Origin: an uncultured Clostridia bacterium
GTDB taxonomy: Bacteria > Bacillota > Clostridia > Christensenellales > CAG-314
Direction of reading: 5' to 3'
Length of the DNA: 59,083 nucleotides
Assembly: GCA_947601445.1 (NCBI GenBank)
Contig: CANQGD010000005.1
Span: 1-59,083, forward strand
The notes under the pieces are model-generated. The model saw nothing but the letters and a program-made list of their open reading frames with translations, searched no databases and was not told the DNA's origin. The position numbers and the translations under genes are program-made. Positions 19,259-28,574 of this stretch are shown here, piece after piece; within the stretch, counting starts at the first letter, position 1, and each line of letters starts with the position of its first letter.

Positions 19259-20163
19259 CGTTTAATTCCATCAACATATCGGGCGGCGTTGATACCCGCC
19301 ACCGCACCGTCTCCCACAGCAGTTGCACATTGGCGAATTGCTTTGGTACGGCAATCTCCGGCGGCGAATATGCCGTCGCAGCTTGTTTTGCAATCCTCAC
19401 CGGCAACAATATAGCCCTGACCGTCCGATTGCACGATTTCCGAAAAAAGTTCATTGTGCGGTTCTTGCCCTATTGCCACAAATACGGCGTCGCAGTCAAG
19501 ATAGGTCACCGCGCCGTCGGCGTCCCTATATACCGCGCCGCTAACGCAATCGTCACCGACGATCTCCGTAACGCACGCGTTTTTGATCCATTCTATGCGA
19601 CCGTCCGAAGAAATTCTGTCGGTCAACTTTTTGTCACAAAAAAGTTTGTCGAACATGGTAAGTAAATGCACTTCTTTGCAAATATCCGCAAGATAAAGCG
19701 CATATTGGGCGGCGCTGTTGCCGTCGCCTACCACGCACACGTGTTTATCTTTGTAAAATCCGCCGTCGCACACTGCGCAATAACATACGCCTTTGCCGAC
19801 AAGACGTTCTTCGCCCTCAACGTCGAGACTCTTGTGCGTTACTCCGCTTGCAATGACAACGGCAAGACACTCGTATCTGCCGTATTCCGTGGAAACGACA
19901 AAACCGCCGTCGGTTTTGTGTATCGACGCCCTTCCCATATCAAACTCTACCCCGCAAGAGGTAACTTGTTCAAACATATTGTTCGCAAGCGCCGCGCCGC
20001 TTGTTTCCTTTACCGAAGGGAAATTTTCCACCCGTGGAGCTGTTGCGATTTGTCCGCCGAAAGCGTCGGACTCCAACAACATAACCTTTTTACCTGCACG
20101 CGCCGCATATAGCGAGGCGGTAAGTCCCGCAGGGCCACCGCCTATAACCACAATATCATACAT
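19255..20163 (-). CDS. trxB: Thioredoxin reductase-family flavoprotein with atypical nucleotide-binding motifs
   Basis: GGGPAG, GGQ, ENFP, CAVCDG and GIFAAGDC motifs. Confidence 0.85.
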   Translation of the reverse strand: MYDIVVIGGGPAGLTASLYAARAGKKVMLLESDAFGGQIATAPRVENFPSVKETSGAALANNMFEQVTSCGVEFDMGRASIHKTDGGFVVSTEYGRYECLAVVIASGVTHKSLDVEGEERLVGKGVCYCAVCDGGFYKDKHVCVVGDGNSAAQYALYLADICKEVHLLTMFDKLFCDKKLTDRISSDGRIEWIKNACVTEIVGDDCVSGAVYRDADGAVTYLDCDAVFVAIGQEPHNELFSEIVQSDGQGYIVAGEDCKTSCDGIFAAGDCRTKAIRQCATAVGDGAVAGINAARYVDGIKR

Positions 20164-20172
20164 AAAATTCGC

Positions 20173-22536
20173 CTACTTGATGCCTTCGATGTACTTGCGT
20201 ACATTGGAGGCGTTTTCATATACTTTGTAACTGTCTCCGTCCGCGACAATGAGCGTGGGAGTAAGTTTTATTTGAAATTTCTTGGAAAGATCGGAATTTT
20301 GCATGGCGTCTATCTCTTCGACGTCGAGATTGGCTTTGTGCAACATCAACTCCGCCATTTTACAGTTGGGACAATTTTCCTGTACAAACAGCAGTGGTCT
20401 GAGTAAACATGCAGACGCTTTTTCTTCTTCCTTCTCGTGAACAACAAGACATTTCTTTTGTACGCTGCGCTCCGGTTCGTAAGTTTTGCGATCCTTCCAC
20501 TCCTGCGCTTTGCCGTCGTTCCAATTTTGCACCGGACGGTAATAACCCGTTATGCGGCTGTAAACCTCCGTCTTTTGGTGGCAATGCGGACACTCGTACT
20601 GTTCTCCCGCAAGGTATCCGTGATCCGGACAAACGGAATAGGTGGGCGACAACGTATAATAAGGCAAGCGATAATTTTCCGCTATCGTGCGAACCAATTT
20701 CATCGCCGATTTCCAATCGGGAAGCCGCTCACCGAGAAATCCGTGGAAAACCGTTCCGGAAGTGTACAGCGTTTGCAATTCGTCCTGAATGTCCAGCGCG
20801 TCGAAAATATCATAGGTATAGCTGACGGGCAAGTGCGAGCTGTTGGTATAGTAGGGCGTTTCTCCTTTGCGTCCGGCAAAAATCATATCCGGATACAATT
20901 TGGCATCGTGCTTTGCAAGACGGTACGCGGTAGATTCGGCGGGAGTAGCTTCGAGATTGTACAAATCACCGTATTTTTCCTGATAATCGGAAAGACGCTC
21001 GCGCATGTGATTGAGTACCTTTTTGGTGAAAATCTGCGCACGGGAATCGGTCATATCACAGGCAATCCAACGGGCATTGAGACACGCCTCGTTCATACCT
21101 ACAAGTCCGATAGTGGAAAAGTGATTGTCAAACGTGCCCAAATACCGTTTTGTATAAGGGTACAAGCCCGCTTCCATAAGTTTTGTTACGGTTGTGCGCT
21201 TTATTTTGAGAGAACGCGCGGCGATATCCATCATTTTGTCCAAACGGGCAAAAAATTCTTCTTCCGTTTTGCTCAAATATCCGATTCGGGGCATATTGAT
21301 GGTCACGACTCCGACAGATCCCGTTGATTCGCCGCTTCCGAAGAAACCGCCGCTCTTTTTGCGGAGTTCTCTCAAATCCAAACGCAGACGACAGCACATA
21401 CTGCGCACATCGCTCGGCTCCATATCGCTGTTGATATAGTTGCTGAAATAGGGAGTACCGTATTTTGCGGTCATTTCAAACAGCAGTTTGTTGTTTTCCG
21501 TTTCGCTCCAATCGAAATCTTTGGTAATCGAATAGGTAGGAATGGGATATTGAAATCCGCGTCCGTTGTAGTCGCCTTCTATCATGGTTTCGATAAACGC
21601 GCGGTTTATCATATCCATTTCCTTTTTGCAGTCCTTGTAACGGAAAGGCATTTCTTTTCCGCCTACAATGCAGTGCAGCTCGGCGAGGTCGTTGGGTACC
21701 GTCCAATCCAACGTAATGTTGGAAAAGGGCGCCTGAGTACCCCAACGGCTGGGAATATTTACACCGTAAATAAAGGATTCGATACATTTTTTTGTTTCTT
21801 CGTAACTCAGATTGTCCGCCTTTACAAACGGCGCAAGATAAGTATCGAAAGAGCTGAACGCCTGTGCGCCCGCCCACTCGTTTGCCATGATACCGATAAA
21901 GTTGACCATCTGATTGCACAAAGTGGCAAGGTGTTTGGCGGGTGCGGAAGTAATTTTGCTCGTTACTCCTCCCAATCCCTCCTGAATCAGCTGTTTGAGG
22001 GACCAACCGGCACAATATCCGCTAAGCATGCCCAAATCGTGAATGTGCAACGCGCCGCTGCGATGAGCTTCCGAAATTTCTTCGTCATAAACTTCGCTCA
22101 GCCAATAATTTGCCGTGATTGCACCGCTGTTGCTGAGGATCAGTCCGCCTACCGAATAGGTAACGGTGCTGTTTTCCTTAACGCGCCAATCGGCAATTTT
22201 CAAATAATTATCCACAACCGACTTGTAGTCCAAAAAAGTTTCGTTTGCGCGGCGCGCGTTTTCGTGCGATTTGCGATACAGAATATACGCTTTGGCAACG
22301 TCCGCGTAACCCGCTTGTATCAAAACCGTTTCCGCGCTGTCCTGAATGTCCTCTACGGAAATAATTCCGTCGGTTACTTTGTCCAAAAAGTCCGCAGTCA
22401 CTTTGAGCGCAAGCATATCTATCACGTCCTGACTGTAAGGCTTTTTGCAACCTTCGAAAGCGGCTTTGAGCGCGTCGCTTATTTTTGAAAGTTTGAAGTC
22501 GATGATCTGACCGTTTCTTTTCTTTACCTGATACAT
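20173..22536 (-). CDS. nrdD: Anaerobic (class III) ribonucleoside-triphosphate reductase with N-terminal ATP cone and C-terminal CPNC redoxin-like domain
   Basis: VKKRNG ATP cone; HIHDL; YCAGW; SMCCRL; TPAES; CxxH/CxxC Zn site; YSRITGYY glycyl-radical motif. Confidence 0.95.
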   Translation of the reverse strand: MYQVKKRNGQIIDFKLSKISDALKAAFEGCKKPYSQDVIDMLALKVTADFLDKVTDGIISVEDIQDSAETVLIQAGYADVAKAYILYRKSHENARRANETFLDYKSVVDNYLKIADWRVKENSTVTYSVGGLILSNSGAITANYWLSEVYDEEISEAHRSGALHIHDLGMLSGYCAGWSLKQLIQEGLGGVTSKITSAPAKHLATLCNQMVNFIGIMANEWAGAQAFSSFDTYLAPFVKADNLSYEETKKCIESFIYGVNIPSRWGTQAPFSNITLDWTVPNDLAELHCIVGGKEMPFRYKDCKKEMDMINRAFIETMIEGDYNGRGFQYPIPTYSITKDFDWSETENNKLLFEMTAKYGTPYFSNYINSDMEPSDVRSMCCRLRLDLRELRKKSGGFFGSGESTGSVGVVTINMPRIGYLSKTEEEFFARLDKMMDIAARSLKIKRTTVTKLMEAGLYPYTKRYLGTFDNHFSTIGLVGMNEACLNARWIACDMTDSRAQIFTKKVLNHMRERLSDYQEKYGDLYNLEATPAESTAYRLAKHDAKLYPDMIFAGRKGETPYYTNSSHLPVSYTYDIFDALDIQDELQTLYTSGTVFHGFLGERLPDWKSAMKLVRTIAENYRLPYYTLSPTYSVCPDHGYLAGEQYECPHCHQKTEVYSRITGYYRPVQNWNDGKAQEWKDRKTYEPERSVQKKCLVVHEKEEEKASACLLRPLLFVQENCPNCKMAELMLHKANLDVEEIDAMQNSDLSKKFQIKLTPTLIVADGDSYKVYENASNVRKYIEGIK

Positions 22537-22594
22537 TTTTCCTCCGTGGCGCTCTCTCTAAAAACTTTTCTCGTTTTTTAGGGGGAGCCTTTTT

Positions 22595-22624
22595 ATTGTA
22601 GCAAAAGTCAGTGGTTTTTGTCAA
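22595..22624 (-). promoter_or_regulatory. nrdD sigmaA promoter
   Basis: TTGACA-18-TACAAT with TG extension. Confidence 0.6.
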
Positions 22625-22632
22625 TGGCTTAA

Positions 22633-22680
22633 ACACAATATATTGTGTTAGTTTTTCACTTTTGACACAACATATAGTAT
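22633..22680. promoter_or_regulatory. Tandem NrdR boxes
   Basis: ACACAATATATTGTGT (22633-22648) and ACACAACATATAGTAT (22665-22680), starts 32 bp apart, matching the consensus acaCwAtATaTwGtgt upstream of nrdD. Confidence 0.9.
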
Positions 22681-22764
22681 GTCACACATAACTCGATATT
22701 TTCGGAAACAAAAGCCGATTTCAATGTAAAAAATAAAGCGCAACCGAAAAGAACTTAATAATTT

Positions 22765-22875
22765 ATAAAAGAAAGACGACCGTACGGTCGCCTTTCATGA
22801 AGGAGGGTTTCGGTTAGAATATCATAAAATGGAGGAGGAATTCTATTTCACAGAATACCTGTGAATTCTAAACCT
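22765..22875 (-). ncRNA. Candidate trans-acting sRNA with two C-rich anti-SD motifs
   Basis: Has its own promoter; contains CCTCCTCC and CCCTCCTT; terminator GAAAGGCGACC-GTAC-GGTCGTCTTTC-TTTT; no ORF. Confidence 0.65.
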
Positions 22876-22880
22876 TAATT

Positions 22881-22909
22881 AGTATAGCATTACACAGAAG
22901 CAATGTCAA
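22881..22909 (-). promoter_or_regulatory. sigmaA promoter of the candidate sRNA
   Basis: TTGACA-17-TATACT with extended TG. Confidence 0.7.
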
Positions 22910-22994
22910 TACCTAAGTTTGCGAACGAATCGGACTATTTTTTCGCCAATAGGAAAAATTCCGTTATGTTGACAAATTAAAATATCCTTTCCGC

Positions 22995-23180
22995 TTACTG
23001 TTCTACCTCTATTGCGTTTACGGGACAAATTTCCGCCGCCTCATAAGTTTTATCGGGAAAGTCGCCGGGATCGCCGACGGCGTCGGAAAAGCCGTCCGCA
23101 CCTATTTCGAATACTTCGGGACACACATCCACGCACATACCGCAACCTATACAATCGTCTTTTTTTACAAACGCTTTCAT
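22995..23180 (-). CDS. Monocluster ferredoxin (61 aa)
   Basis: CIGCGMC...CP...CPVNAI; ATG 23180 after GGAGG. Confidence 0.9.
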   Translation of the reverse strand: MKAFVKKDDCIGCGMCVDVCPEVFEIGADGFSDAVGDPGDFPDKTYEAAEICPVNAIEVEQ

Positions 23181-23360
23181 GATTACCTCCGAAAAAGTAG
23201 TAGTATTACTATTGTAGCCCGTCGAAAAACAAAACAAACTCCGATTTTATATAATCGTCTCGTTATTTGACGAAACAATCACCGAAAACAGTCGTCCGTC
23301 AGCCGATCGCAAAGCGTTTTTTTTGCATAAATCATGATATAGGCGCAAAGCTCTGCATCT

Positions 23361-24845
23361 TTAATATTTCGAATATTTGTCTATTAAATAATTTACGTAG
23401 TAATCGGGTTCGAAATCTTCTCCCGTTGCAAGTCGAAGAATTTCGTCGGGATACTTACTTGCACCGTATTTGTGTACGTGTTCCCCGAGCCAATCGTTGA
23501 TTTGCTTGGTGTTGCCGCTTGAAAGACTTTGTTCGACGTCGAAATCTTTGTTCATACTGTGATACAGTTGCGCGGCAATAGCGCTGCCCAAGGCGTAAGT
23601 GGGGAAATAACCGAAATTGCCGTATGCCCAATGTACGTCTTGCAGTACGCCGAGAGTGTCGTTGGGCGGAGTAATGCCGAAATATTCGGTAAATTTTTCC
23701 TTCCAATACAACGGAAGATTTTTTACTTCCAATTCTCCGGAAATAAGTTTTTGTTCGATTTCATAACGCAACATAATGTGCAAAGGATAGGTAAGTTCAT
23801 CCGCCTCTGTACGCACAAAACTTGCCTCTGTTCTGTTTATAAACCGCACAAATTCCTCGCAAGACACGTTGTCCAACTGCGGAGCGAATATCTGTTGCAA
23901 CTTGCCGAAATGCGTTTGCCAAAACGCGAAACTGCGTCCTATCATATTTTCATAAAAACGCGACTGGCTTTCGTGCAGTCCGAGACTCGCGCCGCCGCTA
24001 CAAAACGTCCCGTTGAGAGACGGATCGCATTGTCGCTCATATATTGCGTGCCCCGTTTCGTGTATAACCGAAAAAACGGAAGAAATCAAATTGTCCTCGT
24101 AGTAATGCGTAGTTATGCGAACGTCGGTTGTCCCCATACCGGAAGTAAAGGGATGCTCGCTTTCCTTCATAATCCCGAAATTTTTGTCAAAACACATTAC
24201 GTCGCGGATATACTCGCAAAATTCTTTTTGCTTTGCCTTGTCGAACTTTTGTCGCGCCCATTGAGGTACGGGGGAGATTTTCGCCGTTTTTTTCTTTACG
24301 AACGGAACCAATTTTTCTCGTAGCGTTTCGAAAAATTTGTCGTATTTCGCCTGTGTGTAGCGCGGCTCGTATTGATCCAAAAGCACATCGTAGCCTTTCA
24401 GGCTCTCGGTCGCCAACCAAACCGTTTGTTTGCGGCAAAAATCCACTATGCGTTCCAAATAGGGCAAAAACAGTTCAAAATTGTTCGTTTGCTTGGCTTG
24501 CACATACACAGGATACGCTTTGGCGGTAAGCTCGTTGAAAGCAACATATTCCTTTATCGGTATCCTCTTGGTGTTTTGAATGTTTTTATTCGTCACCTCT
24601 ATTTCGTGACGCAACTCGTCGCTCAATTGCTCACGTTCTTTGTAAAGAACGTTTACGCAACGCTCGAAATCAGGGTCCGTTGTGAGTTTGTATTGCATTT
24701 CCGAAAGGGTTGCGTTGTACACGCTGTTTGCGGAAACGCTCCCCGGCGCGGCGTCCGTTTGTGCGTCCCATTCGGTCAGAAAGTCGACATATTGAAAAGC
24801 TAAAATCTTTTTGCGCTGTTCAAAGTAAAATTCAAGTTCTTTCAC
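23361..24845 (-). CDS. Carboxypeptidase, M32 family
   Basis: HPF, HETGH, HESQSR, RTEADE, QDVHW and GYFPTY motifs. Confidence 0.95.
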   Translation of the reverse strand: MKELEFYFEQRKKILAFQYVDFLTEWDAQTDAAPGSVSANSVYNATLSEMQYKLTTDPDFERCVNVLYKEREQLSDELRHEIEVTNKNIQNTKRIPIKEYVAFNELTAKAYPVYVQAKQTNNFELFLPYLERIVDFCRKQTVWLATESLKGYDVLLDQYEPRYTQAKYDKFFETLREKLVPFVKKKTAKISPVPQWARQKFDKAKQKEFCEYIRDVMCFDKNFGIMKESEHPFTSGMGTTDVRITTHYYEDNLISSVFSVIHETGHAIYERQCDPSLNGTFCSGGASLGLHESQSRFYENMIGRSFAFWQTHFGKLQQIFAPQLDNVSCEEFVRFINRTEASFVRTEADELTYPLHIMLRYEIEQKLISGELEVKNLPLYWKEKFTEYFGITPPNDTLGVLQDVHWAYGNFGYFPTYALGSAIAAQLYHSMNKDFDVEQSLSSGNTKQINDWLGEHVHKYGASKYPDEILRLATGEDFEPDYYVNYLIDKYSKY

Positions 24846-24848
24846 GTA

Positions 24849-27404
24849 TCAATTCTCCTTATTGTCTTGGGAATCGTCATTGTTTTGACTTCCCTGCGAA
24901 ATTAACGCCGATTTTGCCGCACGTCGTTTCGAAATTGCCTTTTCCAAGACGGGCAATGCAAATTTCAAACCTACGATAACGCCACTCATAACCAAAGCGT
25001 TGATCGCGATAAACAGTATGGCATAACCGTCAACGGAAACATACATCGGGTTTGCCATGTCGTCGCCGAACCAGCTTGCAAGCAGTTTCAACGCCCACGG
25101 AAAAACCAAATAGCAAAGCGCCGTACCGATTGTTCCGACAATGCCCACGACAATATTATACCAACCGTAAGGCGCCAGCAATATCCACAGCGCCGCCACA
25201 CCCGTTACCGTCATGGAAAACATTGCCACCGTGCTGATTTGATCGGGCGCAAGGCGCAGCACATCCTTAAATGCGTAGGTCATTGCCACCGATAAAAACA
25301 TCGCAATACCGCTGGGTAACGTTCGTTTTAGTGTGTTCGCCACAAATTTGCCCGTGATAAGCGCATGATTCGGTTTGAGCGCAAGCAAAAAGGAGGATAT
25401 GCCTATCACAAAAAATTCCATTGCATAAAGGTGTTGCGGCTCAAACGGGTATGTCGTAAGCATGCACAAACACAAAAGAGTTGTCAGCACGGTCATCGAC
25501 GTTTTCATCAAAAACAACGAAGAACTGTTTTGAATGTTGTTTACAACCTGACGTCCTTCCGCAACGACCTTGGGCATAGAACCGAATTTATTGTCCATAA
25601 GCACAAGGTTTGCCACGGTTTTGGCGGCGTCGGTACCGCACCCCACGGATATAGCGCAGTCGCTTTCGCGCATGGCAAGAATGTCGTTTACTCCGTCTCC
25701 CGTCATGGCAACCGTCCGTCCCGCCTTCTTCATCGAGCGCACCAATATTGCCTTTTGCTCGGGCGTTACGCGTCCGAATACCGTATATTTATCGGCTACA
25801 TCGGCTACCTGTTCGTCGGATAACCCTTCGAGAGAAATGTATTTTTCCGCGTCCTTTACTCCCGCTTTTTGAGCAATGACCGATACGGACAGGGGATTGT
25901 CCCCGGAAATTACCTTTACCGCGACGTCATTGTCCCTAAACCACTTTATGATTTCCGGTGCGTCCGGACGAACGGTATCCTGCAACACGATAAGCGCTAT
26001 CGGTTCCAAACCGTCTACGGCGTCGTTTTTTATAGGCTTGTCCGATTTGCCCACGGCAAGCACTCTGAGTCCTTGCGAAAGCAATTCGTTGATTTGCTTC
26101 GAAAATTCTTTGGAAGTTTTTTTGAACATAAACTCCGCGGCGCCTATCGCGAATGTTCCCTTGCCGACAAGGGTTGCCGCACTGTATTTGCGCGCGGAGG
26201 AAAAAGGCACGTTCGACTTGCTGCCGTAACCTTCTGTATTTTCGAGGTATTTTTTAAGCGCCTGCGCCGTCATGTTGTCGTCACCCGTGGCGTCCAAGAC
26301 GCTTTTGACATATTTTTCTATTTCCTCGACAGGGGCTTTACCGAGAGGCATAATACTTTCGACCGTCATTGTGCCGTCGGTTATCGTCCCCGTCTTGTCC
26401 AAACACAGCGTATCCACGCGCGCCAGCATTTCTATGCAAGGCAGTTCTCGTACAAGCACTTTTTTTCGTGCAAGTTTGAGAGCGGCAACTGCCAACGCGA
26501 CGCTCGTCAACAAAACCATGCCGCTGGGCACCATGCCTATCATGCTTCCGCTGACGGCTTTTAAGGCATTGTTTACTTCTTCGACCACATTATACGACAC
26601 GTTGCCTATTGTCACCGAAGAATTGTTGAAATAGGTTGTCCAAACGTTTATGTCCGCTCCGAGCAGAGTTCGCATTTGCTCGCTGCAAAAAAACGTGGCA
26701 ATGCCCAGCGGGAAAATGATTATCGAAATAAATTTGATAATGCTGCGGATTCCCTTCATGAGTTCGCTATCGGGCGTTTTTGCTTTTTTCACGCGTGCGG
26801 AAAGTTTTTCCACGTAATTATCTTTGCCCACTCTTTCGCAACGTGCGATGCAGTTGCCGGATACAACAAAACTTCCGCTATAAAGAATGTCTCCTTTCCG
26901 TTTTTTGACAGGTTCGCTTTCTCCCGTCAGCATCGATTCGTTTACTTCCGCTTCGCCCACAAGCAATTCGCTGTCGCAACAAATCTGTTTTCCTGCGGAG
27001 AGCAGTAAAATATCGTCCACAACAATATCGCGTGTGGCGATAGTTTGTTTTTCCCCGTTACGCACCGCTTCGACGGTCGGTTCGGAAATTATAGACAGCT
27101 TTTCAACAGCCAATTTACTGCGTATTTCCTGAAATATGCCTATCGCCGTGTTGGCAACGATAATAACGATAAACATCATGTTGGTTACGCTGCCGCAAAG
27201 CAACATCAACAAAAAAATAATGAAACCCAACAAGTTGAAAAACGTAAAAATATTGGATGCGAAAATTTGCAAATAACTTTTACCCACAACCTTTTTTGTG
27301 CGGTTGACAAGTTTTGCCTCTTTTCGCAAACTTATATCCAGATCGGACAATCCCTCGTTTATATCAGGAGTATAACGAACGAGAGTTCCCTTATTTTTTT
27401 TCAT
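24849..27404 (-). CDS. P-type ATPase (CtpE-like), atypical TM4 motif
   Basis: LTGES, DKTGT, VISGD and GDGVND motifs; TM4 reads PSGM. Confidence 0.9.
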   Translation of the reverse strand: MKKNKGTLVRYTPDINEGLSDLDISLRKEAKLVNRTKKVVGKSYLQIFASNIFTFFNLLGFIIFLLMLLCGSVTNMMFIVIIVANTAIGIFQEIRSKLAVEKLSIISEPTVEAVRNGEKQTIATRDIVVDDILLLSAGKQICCDSELLVGEAEVNESMLTGESEPVKKRKGDILYSGSFVVSGNCIARCERVGKDNYVEKLSARVKKAKTPDSELMKGIRSIIKFISIIIFPLGIATFFCSEQMRTLLGADINVWTTYFNNSSVTIGNVSYNVVEEVNNALKAVSGSMIGMVPSGMVLLTSVALAVAALKLARKKVLVRELPCIEMLARVDTLCLDKTGTITDGTMTVESIMPLGKAPVEEIEKYVKSVLDATGDDNMTAQALKKYLENTEGYGSKSNVPFSSARKYSAATLVGKGTFAIGAAEFMFKKTSKEFSKQINELLSQGLRVLAVGKSDKPIKNDAVDGLEPIALIVLQDTVRPDAPEIIKWFRDNDVAVKVISGDNPLSVSVIAQKAGVKDAEKYISLEGLSDEQVADVADKYTVFGRVTPEQKAILVRSMKKAGRTVAMTGDGVNDILAMRESDCAISVGCGTDAAKTVANLVLMDNKFGSMPKVVAEGRQVVNNIQNSSSLFLMKTSMTVLTTLLCLCMLTTYPFEPQHLYAMEFFVIGISSFLLALKPNHALITGKFVANTLKRTLPSGIAMFLSVAMTYAFKDVLRLAPDQISTVAMFSMTVTGVAALWILLAPYGWYNIVVGIVGTIGTALCYLVFPWALKLLASWFGDDMANPMYVSVDGYAILFIAINALVMSGVIVGLKFALPVLEKAISKRRAAKSALISQGSQNNDDSQDNKEN

Positions 27405-27413
27405 ACGAACTCC

Positions 27414-28436
27414 TTAACGGTGCGGCTTTTCTCCGCGTAATTTTAATGTCGGACACGCATTCAGGGACAAATCGGCAAAATCGTCGTTGAGATACATATA
27501 GTAACCTCGCGAGGCGATCATCGCCGCATTGTCTCCGCAAAGGGACAACTTGGGCAGACACACGCGTATGCCGCGATTTTCAAACTCCTTTAAGCGCCGT
27601 CTGAGATAGCTGTTTGCGCCCACGCCCCCTGCCACGGCGACGGTTTTTGCATTGTTGCGGTCTATTTCACGGGAAAGTCTGTCTATCAGCCCGTCTATCG
27701 CGGCGACGGTAAACGAAGCGGCGACATCGGCTTTGTTTATTTGCTCGCCTCTTTGCTCGGCATTGTGCAACAAATTTATCACTGCGGTTTTGAGACCGCT
27801 GTAACTGAAATTTCCGTTGGACGTGACTACCGAATGAAATTTGAAACAAGGATCGCCGTTTTGCGACAATGCGTCTATCTGCGGTCCCCCGGGATAGGGC
27901 AATCCCAAAACGCGCGCCACCTTGTCGAATGCTTCGCCTACCGCGTCGTCGACGGTGGAACAAACGACGTCGTATTCGTCGTAAGAAACGACGTTTACAA
28001 CGGCTGTGTGTCCGCCGCTTGTAAGCAAACAAACGTATGGCGGGGTCAAATCGTCATAAGTAAGATAATTGGCGCAAATATGCCCTTCTATATGGTTGAC
28101 AGCAATGAGCTTTTTGTTTGCAGACTGCGCAAGTCCCTTGGCATAGGATACGCCCACCAGCAACGCGCCCACCAAACCGGCGCCATAAGTAACGGCGACA
28201 GCGTCAATATCGGACAATGAAACACCTGCGTCTTTCAGCGCTTTTTTGACCACTTTGTCCACCGCTTCCACATGGTTGCGCGAAGCAATTTCGGGCACCA
28301 CTCCGCCGTACAATCGATGAATATCTATTTGCGAAAGCACCACATCCGAAAGTATTTCCCGTCCGTTTTTTACCACTGCTGCGGCGGTTTCATCACAGGA
28401 GCTTTCTATTCCCAATATATAAATCTCTTTGTTCAT
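27414..28436 (-). CDS. tsaD: tRNA N6-adenosine threonylcarbamoyltransferase
   Basis: GIESSCDET, GGVVPEIASR, HIEGH, SGGHT, DDAVGEAFDK and DNAAMI motifs. Confidence 0.97.
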   Translation of the reverse strand: MNKEIYILGIESSCDETAAAVVKNGREILSDVVLSQIDIHRLYGGVVPEIASRNHVEAVDKVVKKALKDAGVSLSDIDAVAVTYGAGLVGALLVGVSYAKGLAQSANKKLIAVNHIEGHICANYLTYDDLTPPYVCLLTSGGHTAVVNVVSYDEYDVVCSTVDDAVGEAFDKVARVLGLPYPGGPQIDALSQNGDPCFKFHSVVTSNGNFSYSGLKTAVINLLHNAEQRGEQINKADVAASFTVAAIDGLIDRLSREIDRNNAKTVAVAGGVGANSYLRRRLKEFENRGIRVCLPKLSLCGDNAAMIASRGYYMYLNDDFADLSLNACPTLKLRGEKPHR

Positions 28437-28574
28437 CTTTAAAATAATACGCCACCGCACGGTTTTTGTCAATTTTTTGTCGGAGTCGCGTCCGACAAAA
28501 ATAACAATGCGACAAAAAACGACGCCGTTATACAAAAATTGCGAACCCGTTGTCGGGATTCGCAAATTTTCTTT

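Noticed and set aside
22829-22864. Plus-strand mini-ORF MEEEFYFTEYL within the sRNA locus
   Set aside because: The SD-like sequence is poorly spaced, and promoter and terminator polarity point to the minus strand.
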